Shown: in pieces, positions 24,641 through 36,621 of the stretch | Position numbering within the stretch: position 1 is the first letter of the stretch | Layout: every line of letters begins with the position of its first letter | Source: Chiloscyllium plagiosum | Taxonomy: Eukaryota | Length of the DNA stretch: 64,000 bases | NCBI RefSeq assembly: GCF_004010195.1 | Contig: NC_057719.1 | Location: forward strand, 49,665,771 to 49,729,770 | Direction of reading: 5' to 3' | Notes under the pieces: model-generated | Databases searched by the model: none | Seen by the model: only the letters and a program-made list of their open reading frames with translations | Told to the model about the DNA's origin: nothing | Translations under genes and position numbers: made by a program

Positions 24641-27123
24641 AGGTACAGAATCTTAAAAGAGCCTGAATGACATGGGCTTTGACGAAATTTATCACAGAGG
24701 TCAAGCTCACTGTTACCTCCCGTTGTGCTTTAAACTGAAACAATGCAATGTGAAAGAAAATAGCAGTGACCATATCTGGAGTGTGTGAAGCACATATTTT
24801 AAACTGTGAGGGAGGGGGCTGTAAGAACCACTGAAGTAAGGCCCTTTAGATGGCCACAACAGAGCCACACACTGTACAGGACACAGGTCTGCAGGGTCCC
24901 TAAGCTCTACCGATCCTGATGCATTGGCTGCCTGTTTGCTGTATAATTTCCTGCATCCACACTGCTGACTACTCCACCACAGCACCAACACTTTTGGAGA
25001 CAGAGGCCAGTGAAGGAATAGGGATGTTTGACCACAAGAGATATTGGTGCCAGCAGAATCCATTACATTACACAGGCCTTATTCATCTTATTTCCCCAAG
25101 CTGCAGCTGGCTCTCAACTTGAAGATCGATCCACAGTACATCCTGCGACATCAGGTAGTATGCTGACACAGTAACATTGGGGGCTATAAGGAGACTTAAG
25201 CAAACAGATGTAGCACAAAACCAATCAAATCTATCAAAAAGTGATCTGTTCTATGCAGGGTGCTGTAGGCCACCAAAATGCTCTCAAAAGGTTTTTCCTT
25301 TTGTCCTCCCAGTCCATTGCAATGTTGTCCCAGATTCTGCAGCTGGCTAGAGGATCCTGCTCAGCAACGGAGGCCATCGATCCTGGAGATTTGATCAGGC
25401 GACCATGACAACCTGAGGAGCTTTTTTCCCAGCTCCTTGGCTAAACCGTCCAAGAGTCTGAGGGGACAGGCTGAGTGGAAGTGGAGGGCCTGGCCACATT
25501 GGGAGTGTCCCAAGAGGAGACTTCTGAGGGCCTTGTCTGTGGTACCTCCTCCTGCAGTGTGCCTCCTGGCACCGCCCTGTCTCCTCATGTGGATAGGGCA
25601 TCTGGAGCGTATATCAGGTTTCCTGTCCCTCTGTTGTCATTCCTTCGAACCCAAGGACCAGTAGCAAGAATGATGGATTGTGCATTTTTGTGCTCCTCTC
25701 CAAAAAACGCTGAGGGTGCTGGAGCTGGCATTCCATGGCAGCTGCTAATCTGTCTATGGAAGCAACCAGAAGGAAGTATGCTTGAAGCAGCTGGGTGCCC
25801 ATAGTGTGGCTGCACTCCTGCAGCTTCTGGGCTTCGAGAACCACCATCTCCCACATCCCTGTTTGTTGCTCCACTTCCTCCCAGTGAATGTGGACAAAGT
25901 CCCTGATTACCAACTCCACAGGGCCCACTCCTGCCTGGGAAGGACCAAGTGCAGCCCTCCAAGTGCCTGCGGCCTGGGGCATTTCCTCCATACCCAGCTG
26001 CTCTCAAATGTCCTGAGTGTGAACATTTCACTGAGGAATCAGGATCTGAGCCAATGGATGGTGTAGGAGGCAGCCTTGCTTATGCCTTCTCTGTGACTTC
26101 AGTACTGTCTTCCTCAGGCAGCAAAGAGGTGGTGTCTGGTGTAGCAGCCGTTTTTCCCACTATTCCCACTGGACATCCCGCTATTACCTGTGAGGCAAGA
26201 GGCAGAGAAGGCACCCTGGCCACTGGCTAGAGGTGGGGTTAATGTGAGAGTCACAGTGAATGCTTACTTGGTTAGTGGGACAGCATCTCTGCTGGAGCAG
26301 TCTCAGTCTTACCCTGTAAGGGGGAGAAAGTGAGGACTACAGCTGCTGGAGATCAGAGTCGAGAGTGTGGTACTGGAAAAGCACAGCAGGTCAGGCAGCA
26401 TCCGATGGGCAGGAGAATTGATGTTTCGGGCATAAGTCCTTCATCAGCCTTTACCCTGCAAGGGCCAGGATTCCCTCCTCACAGGAAGTGAGAAGCCTGA
26501 TACTGCTCCCATCGTCTGGGCCCACTCTATCCTCTTATCAGCAGGCACTGAGTGAGGTGAAAATGAGTGGCATGGCTGTTAGTGCTGGTAGAGTGGATTG
26601 ATATGTTTCAGGAAAGTAGGCAGGGAGTGCAGTCCCCATGCAGGGTTGGTGGTGTGGGCGTTTGGGGGGATGAAAGCAAGTGAGGGAAGACATCGCAGAA
26701 AATAATGAGTGACAGAACAGAAGCTTTGGTGGGAGGTGGGTGCAGTAGAACAAGCAGGGTGGATGTGAGGTGGCAGAGGGTACAGTGTAGCATTGTGGCA
26801 GTGTGGGGAACTTCATTGACCAGCTTGTGGCACTGTTGGCCATTCCTCTGACTGTGAAGATCGTCCTGACCCAGGGGGCAACCTGGAAGTGCCAATGCTC
26901 GTTCGAGTGCAAATCAACTTTTTAAATATGACACAGTCTTTCAATAGGTATCTGGTGAACTGTTCTGGAAATGGGACTAGAATTTGATAAGGTGCCATAG
27001 GGGCAGCAGATGTAGTTAATATGGTGAGTTTGGTACAATGAGAGATCTTGCTAGGCCTTGTGGAGAGAGTCCCTGCAAAAAACTCAGTAAAACTAATATT
27101 TAACTGAAGAAAAGTTTCAGCCC
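24641..27123 (-). mobile_element. Decayed PIF/Harbinger-type element with Myb/SANT-like ORF remnant
   Basis: Frameshifted W..QVAPWVRTIFTV / QRNGQQCHKLVNEV (26805-26900) resembles the Myb/SANT helix RxxxQCxKKxNDL. Ends resemble short TIRs (ggtacagaatctt / aaagtttcagccc). Interrupts an old CR1. Confidence 0.5.
26323..26450 (-). mobile_element. Miniature PLE insertion consisting only of hammerhead motif plus tail
   Basis: TSD TTACCCTG(T/C)AAGGG at 26309-26322 and 26451-26464. Minus strand CTGATGA a GGAC ttat GCCC GAAA CA TC at 26420-26447. Confidence 0.8.
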
Positions 27124-28756
27124 AATGAGGATTGTTTTTCCCTCAGAATGTCATTAGTCTACAAAATGCTCCTCCCAGCGAGCAGTACAGGCTGAATCAT
27201 TTAATATCTTTAAGTCTGGATTACTTAGATTCCTAGACAAGTGAGTAAATAGGAAAGTGAAGTTGAGCCACAATCCCATCAAATACTGGAGAAGGCTCAA
27301 GGCTGAATTACCTACACCTCCTAATTTGTCGATATTTTCTAATTAATCTGTTCAGATACGTTATGGCACACATATGGAGCAGGTGAGATAAGAACCTGCG
27401 TGCCCTGGCTCAGAGGTAAGGAATGCACATATCTTCCAGTCAGCTCAACAGAATTGATTAGATTAACAGACTGTTGTTGTGAAATTGTCAGTTGTGTTTT
27501 GGGAAAATTTTTACCCAACATTTCCATATTTTCTGTCATTATAAATATCAATATATGTTCAACTCTGTTTTAGTCTGGACCCCTTTTTAGGATTTGAAAT
27601 CACCAAAGCAGTCAATAGTCATGTGTTATAAAATCAAGAATGTGACCTTACAAATAAGAAGTGAAATGAACTTGTTTCTTGGAAAGGTGTTCAGTTATTG
27701 ATGCCAATTTACCCCATTATCTCTGTTTTCTGCTCATTGGTATGTAATTACTATGGGAACAGCTTGGGCTGTCTGACCTGCAACGATCAGAGTGATACAT
27801 CTTTGTCGTGATGCCAACCCCATCTTCCTCCACTGGTTGTAATAAAATTCAGTGTGGGAGACACTGGAATAGTAATGCATGGAAATCTCTTTTGCAACTG
27901 ATTAATAGATTTTACTGTTATTATAAAATAGAAACCAGCTTCACATTGGTTGTTGAGGTCTATAGCTGTAACTAGTATCGAGATGGTTTCTAATTTCACA
28001 GCTAGCAGGTTAAATTCCTAGTTTTAGATATACTCTAATACTCTGTTAGCATAACATTTCTAAGGAAGAGTATTGGTAACTTTTTATCTTATACTTGCAG
28101 GAGAAAAATGTATTTGTATAGTACCTTTCACAAATTAAAGATGCTTCCAAGTGCTTCATAGCCAAAGGCAAGGAAATGTAATGGAAGAGATCATTGACCC
28201 TTGGTGTGATATGATCGTACATGCATGGAAAAGGACTGGGGAATGGAAGTGTAACATACTTTTCACAATATAGAGATAGAGACAAGCTAGGTAATTACAG
28301 GACAGTTTGAAATCTAAAGTCAGAAATTAATGGGATCCTTAATTAAAGATAAAATAACAAAACATTTAGACAAAAGAATTGCATACAGCTAAAACTAAAT
28401 TCAGAAAAGAATATCATACGTAACAGACCATCGAGAATTCTTCAAGGAAGTGACAGACAATGGGTGAAGGAAATGCAATGAATGTGGTACACATAAAGTT
28501 TCAGGAAATCTCTAACAAGATACTTCAGAGGAGATTATTGCATTGGATGACAGGATACAGCATTAAGTGATGATCTGCTAACTGAATTAAAATCTGAGGA
28601 GGAATAAAGTTGGATTCTCCAAGAGATTGGACTCAGTAGTATTGTCCCACCAAGCTCTATTCAGAAACACTCTGTTCACTGTGTATTTATATATATGAAA
28701 AGGGAGAGTAGAGTGCATGCTGGAGACAATACTGAAAAAGGAGTCAATGAATGCTT

Positions 28757-28952
28757 AGAGTCATAGAGTCATCCAGCATGGAAACAGACCCTTTGATCCA
28801 ATTCATCCTTGAAGACCAGGTTTCCCAAGCCAAACTCGTCCTACTTGCCTGCATTTGGCCAATATCCCTCTATGCCTTTCTTATTCATGTACCTGTCCAA
28901 ATGTCTTTTAAATGTTGTAATCCACCTCTTGCTCTGGCAGTTCATTCCACAT
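28757..28952 (-). mobile_element. CR1 3' tail
   Basis: tagagtcatagagtcatccagcatggaaacagaccc, the reverse complement of the CR1 tail. Confidence 0.8.
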
Positions 28953-29564
28953 ACTTTATTTCAATTTGCCTTTTCGTGGCAAGTTAGGGATGAAGGAGCC
29001 AAGTCAATAATGCGAATATTGAAACAGTGAGTTGCATTAGTGCAATGCTAATGCCATAATTGAGGTAAGGGTTTCTCAATCAATCACAGAGGGGTGGAGA
29101 CTATGATTAACTACACATGTTAATGAGAGGATGTCTTTTGAGAGGGATCCTGCCATATGCTTGAGGATTGGAATAGACACATCAAATGATGTCTCAGATA
29201 CTGGCAGGAAGAAACAGGATGGAAGCAAGGCTGCTTCCAGTTATCTGACACTACCCTGGAGATGATGCTGGAGGCAAAGAGGACCTAAAAGGCTTGTTAT
29301 TTTATCCAGAAGAGAGGAAAAGACCAGGCACAGATTAAATGGACAGCAAGGTCTCTACAGTGAAGTTTGATTCCTCTGATATTAATCTCTATCACCCACC
29401 ATTATGCTCTGAGATGGCATGGCCCCCAGTGTGAAGTGATACAGCAAAACAAAACAGGGAAAGGCAGAGGATACAGGTACTGCAATGCTCCATGTCCACA
29501 CTGTAGCAGGAAAAAGCTTCATCAATGCTATGTTTGCCCAGCTATTAATACTGAGTGCCATGCA

Positions 29565-29835
29565 TTTTTAAAGATTAATTTATTGAATGTGGCCATCACT
29601 GGCTGGGCCATCATTTATTGCCTTTGCCTAATTGCTCTTGAGAAGGGTGGTAAGCTGCCTTCTTAACCAATACAATCCATGTGCTGCAGTTGGACCCACA
29701 ATGCTGCTATGGAGGGAATTCCAGGATTTTGACCCAGCTGCAGTGAAGGGACAACAATATATTTCCAAAATGGGATGGTGAGCGTCTTGGAGGGGAACTT
29801 GCAGGTGGTGGTGTTCCCAAGTATCTGCATCTCCC
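29565..29835 (-). mobile_element. 3' end of Zenon-like LINE
   Basis: Reverse complement of the 3575-3835 / 63200-63468 tail (ORF WEHHHLQV in both orientations). Confidence 0.8.
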
Positions 29836-31250
29836 AATGCTGAGACAGGCCTCTCATGATTCTGCTACATCTCTCACCAGACTCCACGCCATTCAGGCTC
29901 CTATAAAATTCTACCTTTTGTTTCTTCTTAGCTTTCATTAGATGAAGCAATCTTGGAAATGGCTTTTGTCTTTAAAGAATCAAATATAAATTAATTGTTT
30001 TCCCAGATGGTTTTCTGTCTACAGAACTTCACAGCTGTCTGTATTCACAGAAGCTGTTTAAAGGTGAGAAATGTTCCCTTTTCCCAAATTCTCTATTGTT
30101 TAAAGCTATTGGCTGGTTGACCTTTAATTAATTTTCCAAAACTCTACCACTGATACATTTGGGTATTTTATGTACAGTCACTGCTGGTGTCATGCTGTGA
30201 GGTTATCTCTAACATGGTTTTTTTAAACCTGATCTAGCAAAGCTTATATTATCTCTCATAACCTAAGAAACAGAGTGTGAATATTATGTATTGAAGAATT
30301 CAAAAGGCATCATTTCAACTAACATTTATGGACCAACATTTTATTCCCCTGGCACATAAGTGTCTGGGCTAATATAAAGCCACAAATTTACTCACAGCAT
30401 CATGCTCCTAGTAGTGTGTCATGCTTCAAGCGATTGGAGTTAAAATGGAGAATTAGGTCTTTATAGAATGGATCACATGCTATTATATAGTGCTAATGTC
30501 ATAAGAAAGTCTCTTAAAAATATATTGTGTCTTTAAAAAGTATATTTGTATTCTATGTAACATAACAGCCTCTAGACGGAATGACCATTCTTGACCATTC
30601 CTGCACCATCTTAATCTCAATATAGTCAGGAAAGCAAGAGGTCTGGGCCGTCCTGCCAGATTGCAGATTCCCCCTCCAGCCCTACACCATCACCAGGACA
30701 GCATTACCTTTCACTCTTTGTACAATAAAGTAGATCTTTAAAATCAGTAAGACATATTTTTTGTTCATTCCTTAAAATGAGTCTGAAAGAAAACATAATT
30801 ACTCTGCAGAATTATCACTTTTAATGACATTTTTGAGAGAACATCTATGTAAAACATTTTCAAAGCAAATTCAAGTACTCAATTAATCTTAAATTGGAGC
30901 TGGCATTGCCATTAGCACTGGCTCACCATCTCATTGAATTCTATTGTGTTGTCAGTTTAAAGTTTCAGATGTAGTGTGGAAAATCTTGGACAATATTGAT
31001 TCTGAAGTTTCCAGATAGGTTTCTAAATGAATACTAGTATCAAAAATAAGTAGAAATCTTCCAGATTTTGATGGGAGGTGAAGCAATTACAGCACGCAGC
31101 TGGCAAACTTGGCCTGGTAAAACATGCACGACAAAACTGATCTGATTGCCATAGTCACATTCAGCTTGCACTGAATATCAGTAATAAAAACCAGGGCATG
31201 AAACCATAAATGTGATTAATCTTTCAGATTTACAAGTTGTGTCTACTTAC

Positions 31251-31376
31251 CTTGTATAATGCTGATGTAGAGGCAGATCCGACAACCAGCGCTACTCCGA
31301 TGATTGAATCACCGTGGAAACCATCTGCATATGCCATCATCACAATCCCAGTAATTGCCATGATTGCAGCAACTAT
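31251..31376 (-). CDS. SLC35F4: SLC35F4 coding exon (126 nt)
   Basis: aacaacag|ATA GTT GCT...TTA TAC AAG|gtaagt. IVAAIMAITGIVMMAYADGFHGDSIIGVALVVGSASTSALYK. Phase 0/0. Confidence 0.95.
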
Positions 31377-31627
31377 CTGTTGTTCAGGTAAAGACGAGGG
31401 CAAAAGAATTGAAAATGGTTTAGACAGGCTTTGACAATTCCTGCAAGTTTAAAGTGAACAAGTCCCCTGTCTTTAATCCCCAGGCAGATGTCAGCTTCAC
31501 CTCTGGAACATACATTGATGTGAATTAACATTGCACATAAATGAGTTTTACAAATTAGGAAAGCCCATTTTGATTCACAGCTTTCATTTCAATGTTTTTA
31601 GTTTTTGACTGAAAATACGTATTGTAA

Positions 31628-32775
31628 GATAGCACTGCTGCCTCACAGCACCAGGAACCATGGTTCAATTCCAGCCTTGGGTGACTATCTGTGTGTAGTT
31701 TGCACATTCACTCCAGGTCTAAGTGCATTTCCTCCAGGCACCCCAGTTTCATCCCATAGTCCAGAGATGTGCAGGTTGGATAGTTTGAGTCAAAAAGTGT
31801 GGCGATGGAAAAACACTGCCGGTCAGGCAGCATCTAAGGAGCAGGAGAGTCGACGTTTTGAGCATAAGCTCTTCATCAGGAATGTGGGAGGTGGTTTGCA
31901 AGGGGACTGAGAGATAAATGAGAGTGGGTGGGGCTGGGGGGAGGTAGCTTGGAATGCAATTGGTGGATGAAGGTGGAGGGTGATGGTGATACATCGGAGT
32001 GGGGAGACAGGATGTCAATTTGCAGAATGTTTCAGAGGACATCTCTGAGACGCACGCACTGAACAGCCCCATCACCCTATGGCTGAACGTTTCAACTCCC
32101 CCTCCCACTTCACTAAGAACATGCAAGTCCTGGGCCACCTGCACTGCCAAATTCTAGCCACCCAACGTCTGGAGGAAGAACACCTCACCTTCTGCCTTGG
32201 GACCTTCCAACCACACGGGATCAATGTCAATTTTACCAGTTTCCTCATCTCCCCTATCCCCTCCTCATCCCCTCCTCAACCCTCCAACTTGGCACTGCCC
32301 TCTTGAACTGTCCTACCTGTCCATCTTCTTTCCCACCTATCTATTCCACCCTCTGATCCAACCTATCACCATCATTCCCACCTTCATCTACTTATCACAT
32401 ACCTGGCTAACTTGCCCCCAATCCCACCCCCCTCCCTTGGGCATCCCCACATTCCTGATGAAGAGCTTATGCTCAAAATGTCGACTCTCCTGCTCTTCGG
32501 ATGCTGCCTGACCAGATGTGCTTTTCCAGCACCACATTCTGACTCTGACCTCCAGCATCTGCTGTCCTCACTTTCTCCTAGGTTAGGTAGTTTGGCCATG
32601 GTAAATTGCCCATAGTGCCAGGGATGTGCAGGCGCGGTGGATTAGCCATGGGAAATGTAGGGATATAGGAATGGGGTGGGACTGGGTGGGGGGTGGAATG
32701 GGGAATGCTCTTTGGAGGGTTGGTGTGGACTTGAATGGCATGCTTCCATACTGTAGGGATTCTATGATTCTATGC
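31628..32775 (+). mobile_element. HE1-like V-SINE split by a PLE insertion (parts 31628-31787 and 32580-32775)
   Basis: tagcactgctgcctcacagcaccagg...ggttcaattcc, colinear with the SINE at 51042-51352. The body resumes at 32580 and ends in (ATTCTATG)n. Confidence 0.85.
31788..32579. mobile_element. Penelope-like element with inverted pseudo-LTRs and GIY-YIG C-terminal remnant
   Basis: ORF 32079..32306 is homologous to ORF 16..441. 31788-31890 is the inverse of ~32447-32545. Decayed hammerheads at 31852-31879 (-) and 32455-32482 (+). Approximate 15-bp TSD. Confidence 0.88.
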
Positions 32776-32839
32776 TATCCACTAGAGAGGAGAGAGTGAT
32801 GTAAATTATTCCAAAATTAAAGGCTGAATCTTTTGTAGA

Positions 32840-33427
32840 TATGACGAGACTGCTGCTTTAACAAGGTTATGTTGTCTTTATCTTTTGCAAGATGAGTCAT
32901 AAAGGGAGAGATTCCGATATGACTGGAAATATCGACTTGCAAACAGGAGAGTGGCCAGTTCTCCCAGTTCAGGGATTTTTTTTCTAGTTTGGATTAGGTT
33001 TAGCAGTTAAAAACTCCTGGGGTCAGAGAAGCAGCTACTGTGAAAAGAGGCTCCATGCTTCAGCAAATGATCCCTGGCTAATCTTCTCTAACATCTCTCC
33101 TGTAAAACTTGTGTTTGAATTTAACCTTTTTGCCAAAGAGTGTGCTTATGGGGTATTGTGGGAAATTAGAACATCTCCTTTGGTAAATTGCAGTGATATC
33201 ATGTTGGTTGGGTTTTCAAATAGTTGTCATTCTAAATTCAGTTTTCTTTTGCTTGCATTTCATTTAGTAATGTATAATTAAATTCTGTTTTACTTGAAAT
33301 CAAGTGGTTTAACCAGCTGTATCACTCCTGAAATATCCACTATACATCTGCTGAAAACAACTAAAAACGTTAGGGTCTGGGCTACCTTCTTGGAATGTTT
33401 CAAGGGGGCCTGGCCTGATCGATAACA
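32840..33427 (+). mobile_element. Probable solo LTR with 4-bp TSD
   Basis: TAGA flanks at 32836-39 and 33428-31. Ends TATGAC (TGT-like) ... GATAACA. Confidence 0.5.
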
Positions 33428-34546
33428 TAGAAGTTTAGCAATATCTGATGGAGGATTTCTTTGTTATGTGCTTATTATGTATACTGATGTTAACACTTTG
33501 TTAATATAAGTTTGTATATCCATAACCCCAGGATAGCTTCTACTTCAGTAAATTACTTCATAAATATTTTCCACAGACTGATCTCATTAAAAACCTGTCC
33601 CAGGTTTGAAACTACTGGACTCTATCATATTCTCTTACATTTGTTCTATATTGATTTCTTTCCAAAACTATTCTGAGAGAAACTGATCTTCTAGACTCCT
33701 GTTCATTTCAATGTCCAAGCAGTACACAAAGTTTCACATTAATATTTTGTTTGGTTATTATCTTCTGCACAAAGTCACATTGCATAATTAGGTAAACAAC
33801 ATTTGATTAAAATGCAAATTTATGAAAAAAAGCTTCCCCATTTTTGCTCAGACTGTACAGCTAGCTTTAGTAGTCTGCTACAGTCGTGCTGCACAAAATA
33901 CCATTAGACCATGAGCTGGTTAGCTATCCATTATTTTCACCTGAAGAAATGCAAACTCCTCTAGAAATCTTGACTGATGTCTGTGCTACCTACCTGGCTG
34001 TGTATTCTCCAGCTAACAACATTGATGTGCCTGCTTCTATCATTATCTATACCACTAATGATAATACATGGGGAGCATTAGCAGAAAGTATCACATTGAC
34101 ATTTAGAAAAAATACAAGGATGTCAATGGATAAAGTCACAGAATTACAATGAATATGGATGCATATCATCTTTACTTTTTAAAATATTCTTTAATACAAG
34201 CTTAATGAAAATAGAAAAACATTAATACTTATGAAGTGCACATGTGGTTACACAAAGTGAAAATAATGAGAATCATTTGAATAAGAAACAGCATTCTTTA
34301 ATTCCTGAGGCAGATCCACCACGGTGTATTCATATGATGTACTCAAATTATGCAGACTTTAACATACTGTGCAATTTTGCAGAGCTTTTCTGATATATAC
34401 TAATAAGCTTCTTCAGATATGCCCACCTGCAGAAACCCTCCTTTAAGAAAAGATTTCTATTCCAGAGCTTTTCATTTAATGAGGCTTGTTATATCTTTAT
34501 TGACCAGGAGTTATACCATTACATCATGCTCCTGGCTAGGTCATAC

Positions 34547-35438
34547 TGTTATGCCTCACTGGTGTGTAGATCATCATAAAAGCTAGATATTTGAAAAGTA
34601 CACAGATTTCCCCAATTTACCAGCCTGTTAGTCACAGGCTAACAGAAAGCAAAGACCAGGTATATAAGGATTTAACAAGGATTTAACAAGGATTACTATT
34701 TATTACTCGTAAATAGACTTTAGCTATCGACAAAAAATTATGAACTATTGGCATATAACTCTACTAGTTAAAATCTAATCCTCTAATAAAGTCTCCCTTA
34801 CAAATGAACAGGGAAAATGTCTGGGAAGGCTGTTCTGCTTTTCCTGTTCATAGAATTACTGAGATGATTCTTATGTTAATCAGAGCACTTCTCAGTCTTC
34901 TTTCTCTGAAGGGTTTTCACTGCTTTACAGGAAATATACTTATAAAAAGTTGCTAATTTATTCATTAAAAGTCACATCTTACACCAACTGCTGAGGAAAA
35001 AATAAGTTGATTTCCTTCAGACTTAAAGTGGCTTTTATGCAGAGCTCAGAGCAAGTTCCTGAACTGGTAGAGATCTGAAGACTTCTCACTATCCTATTCA
35101 CAGTCCCAAGCCTTTCAGCCATTTGAGAACCAACCATACAGCTGCCTATGGGCAGAAGGTCCCTGTAATTGTCAACTGAGCACTAGTCCACAAACCTATC
35201 AGCTTCCTGTCGCCATCCAAAGTTCAAGTCACACCCAACCCTTCAGCTCCAGCTTGTCTGCAAACCACATCCCAACCATCATCCCAACCACCAGCAAATA
35301 GTTCACAACGAGCACCGAGTCATCCACTCAAAACATGCAGAAATATCCCAGTGATCCTCAGCTCTTCAGAACTGTTCCCTTCCCATTTCAGAACACAACC
35401 AAAATCACCTAAAGAAACTAACAGTCCCTATAGTATCA
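34547..35438 (-). mobile_element. Possible LTR
   Basis: TGTTATG...TATCA ends and a minus-strand AATAAA near 34698. TSD unconvincing. Confidence 0.35.
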
Positions 35439-36084
35439 ATCACCCCTTTGAAGTAATCTGTAGTCCGTAATTTCTCTGCAGCCTCTTGAGCACAAAGCAT
35501 CAAGGCAGAATCTTTGATGCTTATCAGGCGTCTTAACAGAAAAAAATGCAAGTAAATCGTATCAAACACTTTATAGAGTTTCCGCAGAAAACTTCTCAGC
35601 GTAGTTTAAAGAAATAAATTGACGGATGCTATCAATCCTGAGCAACAGAGCCATTCATAGAAGGCAGGGACTTTGAAACAATGAAATTGATTCACAGTCA
35701 ATATCTAACCAATGATACTTACGAGTTATTGCTCCTTGGCAAAGACTAAACTGACAGTAACACAATGCCAACAAATGTCTTTTTCCTATCAGTTTGACTG
35801 TTAATTAGCTATTCTTAATTAGTTGTCATCACAATGCTAGGTTCTCCGATACAGAGCAAGAATGCAGTTGAGAACTGCAGTTTCATGACTTGTGGTCTGA
35901 TTAATAGTGAGATCATTTCTCCTTTGGAGAAAACATTAGGGAGATGACTTTACATGCCTATGATGTCAAAAGAGACATATATTGAAAAAACTATGAAGTG
36001 CCGCAACTATTCAATGATATATTACTGGCAGACAGGGTTCCGAGAAGTAGCACTAACATTGGTAATGGTAAAGCACCATAATCC

Positions 36085-36270
36085 CAGAGAATTGCTCTAT
36101 CAACAAAGAGAAATGATTGGTGGTGGTTTAAGCTGAAGGTCACCATGTCTTAGGCAAAAGGAGAGGTTGAGAAGGAGAGACCTTTATGGTATCCTCAGCT
36201 GGTACAGGGATTGAACCCATACTGTTGGCATCACTCTCTATTGCAAATCAGCTATCTGAGCCAACTGACT
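36085..36270 (-). mobile_element. tRNA-derived SINE, decayed
   Basis: Minus-strand B-box GGTTCAATCCC (36207-36217) downstream of a cagttggctcag A-box-like head. Confidence 0.6.
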
Positions 36271-36621
36271 CCCAAGCATTAATATAACAGAAGAGTTTTA
36301 ATCTTAAGAAGCCATTGTTTCCATGGGTGCTGGAAATTACCAAACTCCTCCTGTGAATTTTCCTTCCATATCTGCACATATTTGGGAACGTGCTGAACTA
36401 TCTAAATCCCCATAACCATTTCTTAATGCAAATTTCTACTCAGAAGGTTTTGGGTAGTGCATATTTCATTCTAGAAGGAACAATCTTGTCCCATTGTTTC
36501 TGCCTATCATCAGTATTTTAGCAACCACCATTATGAAGCAAACAAAACTTCATTTTCAATCATGTCATACATTTGAATTGACATTTATGTATATCTAGGC
36601 TGGGAAGGTATAGAAGGTATA

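Noticed and set aside
25361..26230. Cluster of overlapping 70-150 aa ORFs suggesting a nested gene
   Set aside because: GC-richer interior of a decayed Harbinger-like element. No consistent frame or splice structure.
27721..27999. Peptide IPVSPTLNFITTSG faintly like a HARBI1 N-terminal motif
   Set aside because: Similarity too weak to support without a search.
31237..31434. 65-aa plus-strand ORF with a hydrophobic stretch
   Set aside because: Antisense shadow of the 126-nt SLC35F4 exon.
34667..34696. AAGGATTTAAC 11-bp tandem repeat
   Set aside because: Fewer than three units and no spacers. Simple slippage, not a CRISPR-like array.
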